Below, one piece after another: positions 45,678 to 57,684 of a stretch of DNA of 64,000 bases (positions within the stretch are counted from its first letter, which is position 1; the number at the start of each line of letters is the position of its first letter). Below the pieces are notes generated by a model, which was not told the origin of the DNA, did no database searches, and was given only the letters and a program-made list of their open reading frames with translations. Made by a program: the position numbers and the translations under genes. This DNA is from a virus, in the IMG/VR virus record IMGVR_UViG_3300036985_008365, positions 3,669-67,668 of that record. One strand, given 5' to 3'.

Positions 45678-46193
45678 TTAAGGCAAAACGTTTCCATTTA
45701 AAATCTCAATGCACAATTCAGCCGAGGATTCAGTAAGACCCTCTTTTGAGTCAGTATTAATAAAATATTTCCCTTGGTGCAAAAGCATATCTGTATCGTC
45801 GTCTAATATACAATAAGTATAGTCAACGCCAACTTTTTTTCTATCCCAATTTTTTCCATTATCTGAATGGACGTGGGTATCAATCCATTGCTTTATTTCC
45901 ACCCCTCGAGGTATTGATAAGTGAATTTTATTTAAGGGGTCAAGATAATGATAAGCCCTAATAGTCACCCCAACGATGAGGTCGCTGAACAAAAAACCTT
46001 CAGAAGTCATGTATTTACGTGTGCCCTCAACAGTGTGTTCTCTCCAAGAGGATGAAAGAACTATTTCAGCACCCGTTTCAGCAAGAATTTTTCCTAAAAG
46101 TTTTTGACGCTCTTTGTTCAAAACCCATTCTTTTATGTTGTCATCAGGGACGGCAATAACACCGTCTATGTCGAGGAAGAGATATTTTTTCAT
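45678..46193 (-). CDS. HAD-family phosphatase (Swiss-Army-knife RNA-repair type)
   Basis: FLDIDGV, IVLSSSWR, RGVEIKQW, ILDDD. Confidence 0.85.
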   Translation of the reverse strand: MKKYLFLDIDGVIAVPDDNIKEWVLNKERQKLLGKILAETGAEIVLSSSWREHTVEGTRKYMTSEGFLFSDLIVGVTIRAYHYLDPLNKIHLSIPRGVEIKQWIDTHVHSDNGKNWDRKKVGVDYTYCILDDDTDMLLHQGKYFINTDSKEGLTESSAELCIEILNGNVLP

Positions 46194-46753
46194 TTTTCAA
46201 CAGCCTCTTCGTAAAACACTGTAACCCTGATTCGAGTTTCAGGCATTAAATACTCCAATTCTAAAGTCAATTGATTGGTCAAACTAATTGGTTGTTCGAA
46301 AGTAATATCTGTAATGTTTTGATGATATTGCTCCAAGTCAATGTGTTCAGAACGTCTGAAAGTACGAGTGTAAACGATTCCGCATAGCCCACTGTGAATA
46401 GTTTTTAGGTCGCTCTTAACTTGACGGTTAGCAAAAGTAATGTAATCGCAATTTGCCATAATATGTATTCTTGTAGCCATTAAGCCGTCAGATTTTCGTA
46501 ATGAAGCCAATTGGCGAAGTATAAAATCATACTCGTTAAGCAAGCCCTTATATTCAATTTTTGTTTGTTCTTTGTGATTAAAATTGATGAGGTTAACGTT
46601 ATACAATTTATCGTCGGACTTATTTATTAACTCGATTACAAAACATTTTTCCATTTTATCGGGCATAGTAATCGAGTTGACGTCTATAACTGCGTCAGGC
46701 TTTTTTCTGTTCTTTGCCTCCAATTTCTTTTTATCTGTGGGTCTTTTTGTCAT
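46190..46753 (-). CDS. Divergent paralogue of the candidate capsid protein
   Basis: FVIELIN, YDFILRQ, IHSG..Y, DLEQYHQNITD, L.PETRI.VTVF align with 18195. Confidence 0.55.
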   Translation of the reverse strand: MTKRPTDKKKLEAKNRKKPDAVIDVNSITMPDKMEKCFVIELINKSDDKLYNVNLINFNHKEQTKIEYKGLLNEYDFILRQLASLRKSDGLMATRIHIMANCDYITFANRQVKSDLKTIHSGLCGIVYTRTFRRSEHIDLEQYHQNITDITFEQPISLTNQLTLELEYLMPETRIRVTVFYEEAVEK

Positions 46754-47073
46754 ATCTGTATAGTTTTATTTGTTTGATGAATAATGTCGATACCTACGGA
46801 AACAGCCGTGTTAACTTCAATTGTAGCACCAATCGAATGTCTCCAATTTGTCAAGGCATATAAGCACTGACACTGCATTACTTCCGCAATATCTACCCTC
46901 ATATACTCTTCCCAAGTTTTACCGTGGTTATGTGGTAAATCGAGTGGTGAAACGGGCTCAAAACCCATTAGTAAAACCTCCGCTTTTGCGACCTCAAATC
47001 GCTCTGTATAATCAGCCACTTCCAAGCCACCAATTTTACCCGCTATGTAGCACTTATTTGCTCCCTTTGCCAT
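46750..47073 (-). CDS. DUF4406 (nucleoside deoxyribosyltransferase-like)
   Basis: YIAGKI..F..PVSP..WEEYM..W..S.GA.IE. Confidence 0.8.
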   Translation of the reverse strand: MAKGANKCYIAGKIGGLEVADYTERFEVAKAEVLLMGFEPVSPLDLPHNHGKTWEEYMRVDIAEVMQCQCLYALTNWRHSIGATIEVNTAVSVGIDIIHQTNKTIQI

Positions 47074-47812
47074 ACTTATTTTTGTATTTGTTTTCTTCTA
47101 ATAATGCTTTTGTCACGTTATAAACAACGTAGGCTAAAGCAAAAAGGTATATTAGTCCGCTTGCGATAATTAGTATCCAAGCCAAAACCAATGGTAAATA
47201 TTCCATTTTAGTCTGCATTTTTAATCTAAATAGACGCGCACAATTCCAACTACAGCGAACAATAGCGATACAACCCCTCCTACAACAAAAAGGGTTGACA
47301 TAGCACCAACGGTCTCTGTAGAAGCCGAAAAAGTCATCAAAGAAATAACTCCCCAAAAAAAGGACGGTATAAATCGTTCCATGTTTGAATTTTTTATTAC
47401 ATTTACATCGTCTGCCAAGACAAACGAAAAGCGACACACTTTTAGCCCCTTTTGAGAAATCTGAAGGGGTTTTTTTGTATCTAACATTTGACGTTAAATT
47501 CTTGTAAGACTAATCGTTCATTAGAGACTTCAGTGGTGTATAGCAATTCAATTACATATTCCACCGCCAAGTCTATTACTGAAGCCACCGAACTCCATAA
47601 GTCAATACTTAATCGGTCTCCTTTAATGAATCTAAAATCTTTAGTCCCATTTATCGGTGTTATGTTGTACGTTTTTTCTGAAAAATTAACCTCAAGTTTT
47701 ACGCTTGCAATAAACTCTTCACCAAGATAGTTTTTACAAACTTTGCTTATTACATAAGTTGAAACAAGGGGCGTGACACGACCTCCCATTGCGATTATCT
47801 GTGTATTCATAC

Positions 47813-48238
47813 TCATTTTGTCAAATCATTTAAGTTAATTACTAACCCAACGCAGAAAACTCCTCCGCCCTCACTATGCCCGTAATTTAAGTTGAATGTT
47901 GAATGTTGAATGTTGGTATCAAATGTCCAAGGTATAATCTTGCCATTAACTTCACTTTTCATCCAATTGGCTTTAATTGTTAAGGCATTTTTCAATTCAA
48001 TTTCCTCGAAACTGTCTTCAATATCCATGAAACTTTCGAGTTCTTTGTCATAATAAAAAGTCCCACCGTCCCAAGCGCCCAACTCATCAATGATTGCCCC
48101 TTCAAATTCTACCAAGTCGTCCGAGCAACCGTAGACAATAACCAAGTTGTATAAATTAGCGTCCAATTGGTCATCACCTGATAGCACGGAGTCGTAAACT
48201 CTGCCGTCAAGCATTTCAGCAAATTCTTCTTTTGTCAT
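47813..48238 (-). CDS. Conserved phage protein
   Basis: LVIVYGCSDDLVEFEGAIIDE..HSTF..FC.G. Confidence 0.6.
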   Translation of the reverse strand: MTKEEFAEMLDGRVYDSVLSGDDQLDANLYNLVIVYGCSDDLVEFEGAIIDELGAWDGGTFYYDKELESFMDIEDSFEEIELKNALTIKANWMKSEVNGKIIPWTFDTNIQHSTFNLNYGHSEGGGVFCVGLVINLNDLTK

Positions 48239-48801
48239 TATTTGGTGGATGCTAAATAACGTCCTACAACAATTCCTTTGTCGTCGGTGTTTTCTTGAAT
48301 GATAGCATCAGGAACAAACGTAACAGAATCAGTTAGAGCGTATGAGCCGTCAGGGTTTCTTTGTTGAGTTGTAACTTGAACAACACAGCCTCCTCCAACT
48401 ATTTCCATTGCTTTTGTTGACTTCATCCAACCCTCTTCTGCTGAAGACGCTTTTGATATTAATATGAATGTATCACCGTCACCCCAAAATACAATATCTT
48501 TTACGTTCTTTTTAGCACCATTTGAGTCGGTATTTCCAAGAGACTTTTCGGGTTTTTCTGCAACGTCATAAGTTTGGGCAAAAATATCAGGTTTACAAGG
48601 ATAGAACTCTCCCTGAATCTCCTTAATTATGTAGTCACCTTTTGTAGCAAACATTTTACCCTCCAACGTATAAATGAACATGGTTTCATCATTAGCAACA
48701 AATCCGTGCCCACTTCCACCCATAAAATTGTCTATTTCCTGAAGGTTACTACCCATCCACCGAATTGCTTCAATGGTTATTCTTTTCTTCGTATATTTCA
48801 T
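48238..48801 (-). CDS. Two-domain phage protein
   Basis: TLEG..GDYIIK..GEFYPCKPDIF fused to KASS..EGWMKSTKAME. Confidence 0.6.
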   Translation of the reverse strand: MKYTKKRITIEAIRWMGSNLQEIDNFMGGSGHGFVANDETMFIYTLEGKMFATKGDYIIKEIQGEFYPCKPDIFAQTYDVAEKPEKSLGNTDSNGAKKNVKDIVFWGDGDTFILISKASSAEEGWMKSTKAMEIVGGGCVVQVTTQQRNPDGSYALTDSVTFVPDAIIQENTDDKGIVVGRYLASTK

Positions 48802-48919
48802 AATTAGTTGTTTTTATTTGTAGCAAATATAATGAAAAAACAACCAACAACCAAACGACAAATTAAAAAAAGAATGGGTTTTAGGATATTTTTTGTTGTC
48901 TTATTCGTATTTATTGTAC

Positions 48920-49588
48920 TCAAAGCATTAGGTAAAATTGCCCATTTTTTTCATTGAAATTTAATTTTTTAGTTTCTTTGAGTTTTTGCCCAAAACAAAC
49001 CAATTGATTTTTCAAATCATCTAAACTTTCAACGTCGTACAAATCACTATTCAAAATTTCGAAGTTGTCACCAATTATTACAAATGACGTCCCATCAAAT
49101 CTTTTTCTTTCAGTGCCCTTCGGATAATACTTTCGTTTTTCATTAAAACTTTTTTTATCAATCCAACCACAAATTGTAAGTTCCTTTTTTGTCTTATGGT
49201 AACTACAGAAAATGTAAGCGTCACAATCAAAATAGTCTTGTAATCTCAAAAAGTTGTTTACATAATCTCTCTTTACGTCAGTATTTCTACCCATTGTCTT
49301 TACGTCAATTTTTACCTCACAAAACTCAATATCAACTCCGTTATCAAAACCGCTGTTACCGTCTACAAATGGCAAATCAAACAGAGACATAATAACGCTT
49401 TGACCAATTATACCGACTAATTGTTGGTCTTTAGTCCCGTTACTTGAAACTCTCATGCCAAAATTATATTTATCTACTTGACCTTTACAATGATTTATTA
49501 TATTCTCGGAAACAGATATTTTTAGCATAAGGCACTTGTTATTCTCTTCATTATATTCTAAAATGGAAAAAAGAAAACTTGCATCCAT
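48920..49588 (-). CDS. PD-(D/E)xK restriction-endonuclease-like nuclease
   Basis: DNGVDI..IDVKT..YIFC..GW. Confidence 0.6.
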   Translation of the reverse strand: MDASFLFSILEYNEENNKCLMLKISVSENIINHCKGQVDKYNFGMRVSSNGTKDQQLVGIIGQSVIMSLFDLPFVDGNSGFDNGVDIEFCEVKIDVKTMGRNTDVKRDYVNNFLRLQDYFDCDAYIFCSYHKTKKELTICGWIDKKSFNEKRKYYPKGTERKRFDGTSFVIIGDNFEILNSDLYDVESLDDLKNQLVCFGQKLKETKKLNFNEKNGQFYLML

Positions 49589-49807
49589 TTTGTTTATCGG
49601 TAATATTATTTGAAATTGACTGTTGTAATCTTGGCAAAAGTTAAACCGTCAGAAACTTCGCCTTGTTTTTGAATTGAATTGTAAAATGTTTTATTCAGGC
49701 GCTTAAACTTACCCCGTTTTGTGTAGCCCACTATTACGGGTAAGAAATCGTCCATATTTTTTCGGCAACTATCAAATTTGCCCTCGATTGTTACTTGTTG
49801 GTAAAAC

Positions 49808-50218
49808 TCAAGCAGTCTCTCTTTTGTCATCTTCTAAAAGTGTTAGTTCCTTCCCTGAAAGGACATGAAAATAGTAAGCATTTTGCAAGGTATGTACGTG
49901 CTCGATAATATTACCGCTTGGGCTTTCGTATTTTGTTTCTCCCGAGCCGTTCAACTCCATAAGTTCAAAAATATTTGAGTAGTATTCGTCAAATCGCCAA
50001 AAGACAAAATCGTCCCACCCGATAGTTTTTAGTCCGCCTAAACTACTTAACCAAGAGTCGTTTAACACTATCGCCTCAAACAAACCAATGGGGTAATAAA
50101 AACTATCTTGTTTATGCCCAACATAGAGTCCCTCACAAGCAACAGCGGTTACTATTACGGGTTTTTGCCATACGGGGTGTAAAACTAAATTGCTTACCCT
50201 AAAATCTTTTACGTCCAT
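49808..50218 (-). CDS. YopX-like Bacteroidota phage protein
   Basis: DFRVSNLV..HVHTLQNAYYF..G.EL. Confidence 0.55.
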   Translation of the reverse strand: MDVKDFRVSNLVLHPVWQKPVIVTAVACEGLYVGHKQDSFYYPIGLFEAIVLNDSWLSSLGGLKTIGWDDFVFWRFDEYYSNIFELMELNGSGETKYESPSGNIIEHVHTLQNAYYFHVLSGKELTLLEDDKRETA

Positions 50219-53200
50219 TTAACAAGTTAAATAAAAGTCCATTTATGTTTTTCCTTGGTATTCTTGTTGCTGTAGTTCACTTCAAAAGTGTAATAGCCAC
50301 CTTTGCCGTCAGGGACATTCCGCTGAATTGAATCAATCCGATATTGCTTGAATATCAAGGTTGCAATTTTGCGGTCACTTCTTCCTTCAAGGCATTTAAA
50401 AAGTTCATTTTTCAAATCTTGGAAAGTAGTCTTCTCTCCTACAATTTCAGCGTTGGTTTGTTTTTGCTTTTGTTCCATTTGTTGTATTGGTTGGTTTGTC
50501 ATTTTTTCCGAGGGATTTTTTGATTGTTAAGTTTTGGTTTTAAGAATTTTATTTCTGACGGCGAAACGTTATCATGTAGAACTCCGTCTTGCCCCTCAAG
50601 TGTATATTTTACACGGGTTAGCCCAATTGCTTTGTTGGTGTGCTCAAAAGCGCTTAAAACGGTACATTTGACAGTTTCATTTCGAAAGTTCATTTCGCAA
50701 TTTTGACCTTCAAGGGTCATATCTAAAGAATAGGTCATAAGTCTAATTTTTATAACTTCAAAAACTTTTTGAAATCGTCTGTATGTTTTTGAACTTTTTT
50801 CGGATACGCTTTAATGCTCGAGAATTGAAAGGTAATCAGGTAACGTGGTATAAAGTAAAAACTCATTAAAAACATCATTAACGTCATGAAAAAGTATATT
50901 GCATATTTACTGAACACACTTGAATTTTGAAAAATATTACGGCTGTAACCGACAAAGAGGGTATCCCAAATGCTACCTTCAATTAAACCCTCGTCTATAT
51001 CGTCCATTGTACTTTCTTTTATTTCGGAAACAGTGGGTGTTTCAGGTAAAACTATTTTTCCATACGTTTGCTCGATATAATCAGCCCCACTAATCGAGAC
51101 ATTGGATTCTTTGCCACGTTCAAATGTACGTGCAATATCTATCGCCTCTGATTCAATTAGTTGTTCACAAACCTTACGTATTTCTAAAACCCCTTCGACA
51201 AATCCTTTGTGATGAGGTGATACAATATATTTATTTGAGTTCAAGCAATCGTCTATGTTTTTAACAAGAACTTGTATTGGTGTCTTTTCCTTTTCCATAA
51301 TCAATATAGCCATTTCCAAAATTTAACAATACCACTTTTCAAGCCCTCAAAACTTCTTCTAATCATCCCCTTTTGTTCTAACGAGGAATTTATTATAATT
51401 GGCTCGGTTTCAACTATTTTAGCGTCTTCTATAATTGTAAAAGTTACGTCCTCGGTTTGAGGCTGTTCTTCTGTTTTTTTCGGATTATTTTTCAAGGCAT
51501 TTAATACCTCTCTTGTTTCTTTGGGTGCAACAGAAGCCATTATTGCTCCACCGACTAAAACAAGCGCTAATCCAACTAAAGCGTTTTCGGGGGTTCTTTT
51601 CATATACTTGTTTGTTGGGCGTAAAATTCCGCCATTATTTCATTTCTTGCTTCCTCTGAAACTACTTCGAGTAAGTAAAGAGCCAATTTGGTAGCAACGT
51701 CGTTACTTGACTCCTTAACCTCTCTTGTAAGTAACTGCATTGAAGGAGTATCTAAAAGGTGTTTATAATATAGTACGTTGATTAAGTCTATAGCGTCTCC
51801 TTTAATCAGGGAGTTGACTTGGTATTCATGAACGTATTTTCCAATTACCTTTCTCTCGGCGCTGTTAAAGTCTGAAGCACGCATTACTTGAGAAACGAGT
51901 TAAGTTTATCTTTCTCTAACTCGGCAATAGTTTTCGCCGAAAATTGTCCCGCAACCACGACGTCATTGAAACCCGCAAAAACGAGTTTTGAGCAGTTTTC
52001 TAAATTGTTATGAACGTTTTCCATTAACTGTCTTCGAAATGTAAAATCAGTGGCATACATAAACACAGTGGGCTCGCCGTATTTATTGTTAACAACGAGT
52101 ACGTAATGCTTAAAAGCCGTTTTGGAAACCTTTCCAAGCGGACATACCACAGATTCAGAAATTTCTTGAAAAAACATGATAACGTCAGTCTTGCTAAAAT
52201 TAGCACAGATTAATTCCGCGTCTTGGGCTTTGTTGTTGTCAATGTGGTGAATCTTATACATTTGGTGTTGGTTGAAAATAGTTTTCAAAATAAGCCTCTG
52301 CGTCCTCTAATTTTCCGCCTTTTTTGTTCATACCGTATAAACAAGCGTCAACTATTTGCTTTTGCTCCAAGGGCAATAGTTCAGTCAATATTGTTTGCAT
52401 TTCAAAAAGGGCGTCTTGCCAACCGTCGCTATAAGGCGTAGTAATTCTCTCCTCTTTCCTTTTGTTAGGAAGCCTATCTTGAGCCTCAACGCATTTTATC
52501 AAGGCGCTTGTAACGGCTGTTGGTATATTGTTACGCATATTCACGAATTTAAGAATTTTATTTTTGTGTCAATAAGCGACAATTCGCCCATATCATCTAC
52601 TTCATTTATCAACTTTTGTAGGGTCTTATCAGAAGCCAATTGAACCCTCATTTCTACTGTCTCTAACTGCATACGAAGGGACTTTATTTCCTCGCTTACT
52701 TTACCGTTATGTTGGGCAACTAAATCTCGTTCCTTTTTATAATCTTCAGGAATAACAATAAGGTCTTCAATTTGAAGTCTTATCGTTGTCATTTTTTCCC
52801 AACCTATACTTTCGTCTGAAAGCCAATTAGCGCCCTCCTTTGCTTTTAGTGCCCGCTCCTTCAAAATGCTCATAGTATGTTCGTCAGGCTGTAGTTCTAA
52901 TTTTCCGCTTAAAATTGATTTGAAAAGGTAGTTTGGTACATTTGGATAACCCAACTTGGTTTTTTCTAATTCGTTAATTCGGGCTTTCGTCTTCATTTGA
53001 ATACGTTCAATCAAAAACTTTCTTTGTTGTGCGTTCATTGCTTCTTTAAAATTTATAAATACTTGCTTGTTGTTTCTAACTTGCTGAAATTATTTGTTTT
53101 AAGTGATTTTTTAACACTTTGCTTACGTTTATTATTCCTAAAAAATGGAAGGTACAATAGGTTTGCTAATACAATAAGCGGAACGTGAAAAACGAAAGTC

Positions 53201-53620
53201 AACCTACGAGTTATTTTAAACGTCCGAGGGCGAACTGTATCCACTAATTTCGAGTAATTAACAAACCAAGTGCTCATAAAAAAAGGTTAATCGGCGTAAT
53301 CGTAAATAGACATACCCGAATAATAAAACTCCTCACCCGAATTTAATCTGTATCCGTCAACGTAACCTTCCTTTGAATAGATAGGCTCGGGGTCTTGTTC
53401 CTGACCGTATTTAACAAGGTTTGTAATTTTGAACTCGAGGTCGTTCCAATGGTCGCCGTTAGGAAAGTTTGACTCTGATTCGACTATTTGCTCCGCAATT
53501 AGGTTGTCGATTATCTTTTTTACGATAGGGTCTTGAATGTAATTCATATAGCGTATTTTTTTTATGTTGTACAAATATAAAAATAAAATGTTACAACTAA
53601 AACCAAAAAGATAGTTTTAT

Positions 53621-53869
53621 TTACAGCAAGTTGTCAACACACCAAATTGGAGTTTTTTCACCTACCCAAGCCCCTGAAACATTAAAATCAAAATGCTCAA
53701 TTGCATCTTCCATTGACATTTCGTCATTTGTTACTAAAATTTCAAGGCATTTAGTTACAGAGTAGATTAGCCTCCCGCTACTTTCCTCATAGCCAATAAC
53801 GGCTTCATCAAACCCGTCCGCTTTTAAAAAAGTCATTTCAGGGTAACATTCAATAATTGATTCTAACAT
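53621..53869 (-). CDS. Conserved phage protein
   Basis: ADGFDEAVIG..EHFDFNV.GAWVGEKTP. Confidence 0.65.
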   Translation of the reverse strand: MLESIIECYPEMTFLKADGFDEAVIGYEESSGRLIYSVTKCLEILVTNDEMSMEDAIEHFDFNVSGAWVGEKTPIWCVDNLL

Positions 53870-55484
53870 AATATAGATTTTAATTTAACTTGTTTAATTG
53901 TTTAAAAGTTTGTCTAACCCTCGCTATTATTAAAAGGGCTTTCAACAATTAGGTCGTCTGTTGCTAAAATTGACTCCCTCGAATTTGCAAAATAACTACC
54001 TTCAAAAAGAAAGTAAATAACGCTCTTGTCCCCGCTTATGTAAAATTGATTTTGTGGGTTATATCGCTCAATAAGTTTGCGACGAATAGTGTCCGTTTCT
54101 CTGTCCATTATGCGCCCCTCGGTGCTATATTTAGTTGTAAAGTAGTTGAATAGCGCTCGTCTATGGAATGGGCTCATTTCGTAAAAATGTTCGTCAATAG
54201 CCCTTTGAAGGACAGAAAAGTCTAAAATTGTAAACCCACTCCAACAAGCCTCTATTAACTTTTGAAGCATATAAAAATCAATCGTGTACATAGTCTTTTG
54301 AATTAGTTAGCGTCCAATAAAGCCCTGACCTATCTGAATCGGCTATTGTTGATAAACGTTGGGTATTGTTAACAAACCCTTTTTGACCCAATTGATAAAG
54401 GCGTTTTGAAATCTCCGCAATTGTAAGCGCCCCGTCCAAATAGGCAAAAATCATTTTTGAGGTACAATGCGTGTACCCATAACCATAAAGGTCAACTACG
54501 GCTTCTTTTACCAACTGTGTTTTACTTTTAGATAGGTCTACAGTCAATGATTTAGGCGGAGTTTCTGAAACAGCGCCAAGTCGTTTTGAAAAGCGACTTT
54601 TTTTGGGGAATAGTTTAGTAAACAGTCTTGTTAAGGGCATAGGGCTATTTTTAAGGATTGATATTTTTGTCACGGCGGGCTACTGCAATGGATTGTCTCC
54701 CCAAAGCATCGTCTATTTGACTACAAACTATGTAATTTTCGGAGACGCTGTGTTCTAAACAACTTGAGCACTTACGACAGTGAGCACTTCCAATGTGCGT
54801 TCGGTCATTCAATACCCTACATTTGTTCAGGCACGCGCTACCCCTGATGAGGTAAAAATATTTATCTCCCTCAAATAAATTCATATCACTTTCCCCCCTC
54901 GATTGCATATTTAATGTGTTTTTGATACTTAAATTGACTATTTGTAATTCTAATCCTCGAGTCGGTTAACTCCAAGTTTTTATTGAGAAGACCAAATATA
55001 AACACGATAACAATTTCACTCGGTAAAATACGGCTGTTATTTAGGTCAATAGCCATATCTATAACTTCAAGCGAGTCTTCACCGCCATCCCAACGTATGA
55101 CTATCAAGTCCCCTTTGTTTATCATTGAGGTAAAATTACTTGGATACTGCGCGGTATCGCTAATTATTTTTTCAGTAAAACTCATAAAATTCCGTATTTA
55201 TCAGTAAAGTCAGAGTGATTCAAAACTTCTATTTCACCCTTGTTATTCTCGCAAACCCAATCTGAAGGTTGAGCAACCATTTCCTCATCGTCAAAAAAGA
55301 TATGTAAAGTTTCATTGCTGAACGAATAAGCACATTCGAACGAATCTAAAACCTCTGAAATGTACATTCTATTTTCTCCCGTCCACTGAATTAATGTCAA
55401 TTTTCCCATACTCAAAAATAGTAAAACTGTTAATAAGTGCTTGACGTTGTTAACAAAGATATTCACAATACAGTGTGTATAGAG

Positions 55485-55861
55485 TTAATCCCCACAGATT
55501 TGACGTGTAATAATTATCGAGTCCTCTTCTGCCCTTGAATCCGTGTTCAATGAATCCGACCGTCCGTAACAGTGCGCTTTTACCCTTTCCTCTCCCCACT
55601 CGTTTTTGTAAGGCACAAACCGAACAAAACCCGCCCCGTCACATTTTTTCATATATCCTACCATTTCCGAGTGCGCTATGCCCTCAAAAAAGACAATTGC
55701 AGACCCGTCAATAAATCCAACCTAATCCCAAATTTTGTTCTATTATATTCAATTAATTCTTTTTTTTCTATTTCCGCTAATCGCGATTTTTTACCCCGTT
55801 CTTTTTCAGCATTAATAACTGAAACCTCAATTTTTTGAGTCGATGATAATTTTGTTTCCAT
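55485..55861 (-). pseudogene. Possibly frameshifted phage gene
   Basis: A coding-like frame VGFIDGSAIVFF..AGFV..CYGRSDSL begins out of frame at about 55721 inside ORF 55676-55861. Confidence 0.35.
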
Positions 55862-56532
55862 TTTGATTGATTTTTAAATTCAAATTTTTTTTGTTTCAAG
55901 TTCCGCCATTCCAAGGTGCGTAATTTTTATTTTAAAGTGAAGTTGGCGGATGAATCTTTTGTCTTTCAGTTCCGCTATCAAATCCTTGTCAACTCCCTTC
56001 TCGCCCTTGAAATTAGAAATTATTTTATGTCGAGTTATATAGTCGCTGTAACCATCCCCATAAGGACTACTGTTTTTCGAAATGAAAGTCAAAACTTTTT
56101 TTTGCAGTTCTTTTTTATTAAGACACTTGACGATTATGTCAGCAATCCGTTTCGAATAATATTCCGATACCCATTTATTCGAGCACTCTTTTTTGGGGCT
56201 TGCAACCTGAACCTCTAACTTATTGACTATGGCGCTTGCAACCTCAACCTCCAACTTATCGACTACGGGGCTCTCATGCTCAACTTCTAAAACGTCGGTT
56301 TGTTCAGGCGTTTTTCCCTGACCCACGTAAAAAAACTCAACCGCTCCTTCAGGGTCGCAAGCGTCGCCTCTTTGTCCTTCCAAATAGGCTTTGTTGTACA
56401 TCATACGCATAGCGCTGTTTTGCATTGAAAGCAATTGGTCAAAGTATTTTTGCTTCAAGTGAGCGGGTAAATTTGCAAAGTCCATTTCAGTAACGAACTC
56501 ATACATTAATTCTATTGGGCTTGTCATGTTGT

Positions 56533-57684
56533 TCAAAATAAAGTAAATTGATTTTTGTGTTCTTGTTTATATCTCATTTCATCTATGGGCAATAATAGTT
56601 CCTCATAACCGCCTATGCTTTCTCCTACATATTCATAACAATAAGAGGGTCGTCTTTTTCTACCTTTAGCACTTTCATCATCCCTACCAATTTTCCCGTT
56701 CATTGAGGTAGGTTGCCACTTATTTGATTTAGACAGATATTTACCAAGTGCGGGGTGTATCGTTTTAATGTAAGTAGCACAAGCACCGCTATTTTTGAAA
56801 AAAGCACAAACTAATTCGCAAATATGAATACCAATACCCAATCCTTGATAATCGGGTAATATAACAATACGACTTATAGCAACGGCACTTTCTCTGCCCT
56901 TACCACCTTGATTAATTACTGCAACTATTCCAATAGGCTTTTCGTTCCATTCAAACAACAAGAACTTACAAGATTTATTTACGTCTTCAGTTAAATAATG
57001 ATGCGCTTTAAAGAAGTCCCAAGTTTTAGGTTCGACCCTACTAACTTGAAGGTTGATTTTTGGTCTTCCGTGCCTTCGATAATCGCACCTTTCAAGTGCG
57101 CCCCCTTTTTGTGGTGTACAAGTCCAATCAGGCATTAGCCATTCTAAAATATCATAATGACAAGAAGCAATTATAATTTTTTTATTCTCTTTTCGGATAT
57201 ATTTTTGTAAGGCAAAACTCATAGCCTTTGCAACGTCTCTGTCAACAACCGAAGTGTATTCGTCAATTAAAATAGTTTCGCCGTCTTTAGCCGACGAAAC
57301 TAAATAACCTAATGTAGCCCTATATTTTTCCCCATTGCTTAATTTATTAAAGGGTCTTAACCAAGTTGGTACAGAACTTAACCCCATTGAAGTCAAAACT
57401 AATGTAGCGTCTTTTGGCTCTAACCAATTAAAATTACTAATTAAAGGTTTTTCAGGGTCAAAAACCACTTTCTTTAACTCGCCTATTTCATTTAATATAG
57501 TAGTTTTACCGCTACCGCTGTTGCCTAAAATTACTCCAATATGCCAATCAAAATTTTTGATTTCGGTTAAGTTCATAGGAATAATTACAGACGTTTCCTC
57601 TTTGTTTTGAATGTCAAATGCTTCATAAACATACTCTGTATATTTATCATTCAATATCTTGGTTTTTAATTCAATTTTTTTCAT
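56533..57684 (-). CDS. ABC-type ATPase fused to GNAT acetyltransferase
   Basis: GNSGSGKT, LSNGE, IDEYTSVVDR, SCH; HHYL, SRIVILPDYQGLGIG. Confidence 0.85.
   Translation of the reverse strand: MKKIELKTKILNDKYTEYVYEAFDIQNKEETSVIIPMNLTEIKNFDWHIGVILGNSGSGKTTILNEIGELKKVVFDPEKPLISNFNWLEPKDATLVLTSMGLSSVPTWLRPFNKLSNGEKYRATLGYLVSSAKDGETILIDEYTSVVDRDVAKAMSFALQKYIRKENKKIIIASCHYDILEWLMPDWTCTPQKGGALERCDYRRHGRPKINLQVSRVEPKTWDFFKAHHYLTEDVNKSCKFLLFEWNEKPIGIVAVINQGGKGRESAVAISRIVILPDYQGLGIGIHICELVCAFFKNSGACATYIKTIHPALGKYLSKSNKWQPTSMNGKIGRDDESAKGRKRRPSYCYEYVGESIGGYEELLLPIDEMRYKQEHKNQFTLF

Noticed and set aside
55676-55760. Stop-codon reassignment (TAG read-through)
   Set aside because: Long genes are intact in code 11, TAG ends several genes, and the alternative frame also has an upstream TAA.
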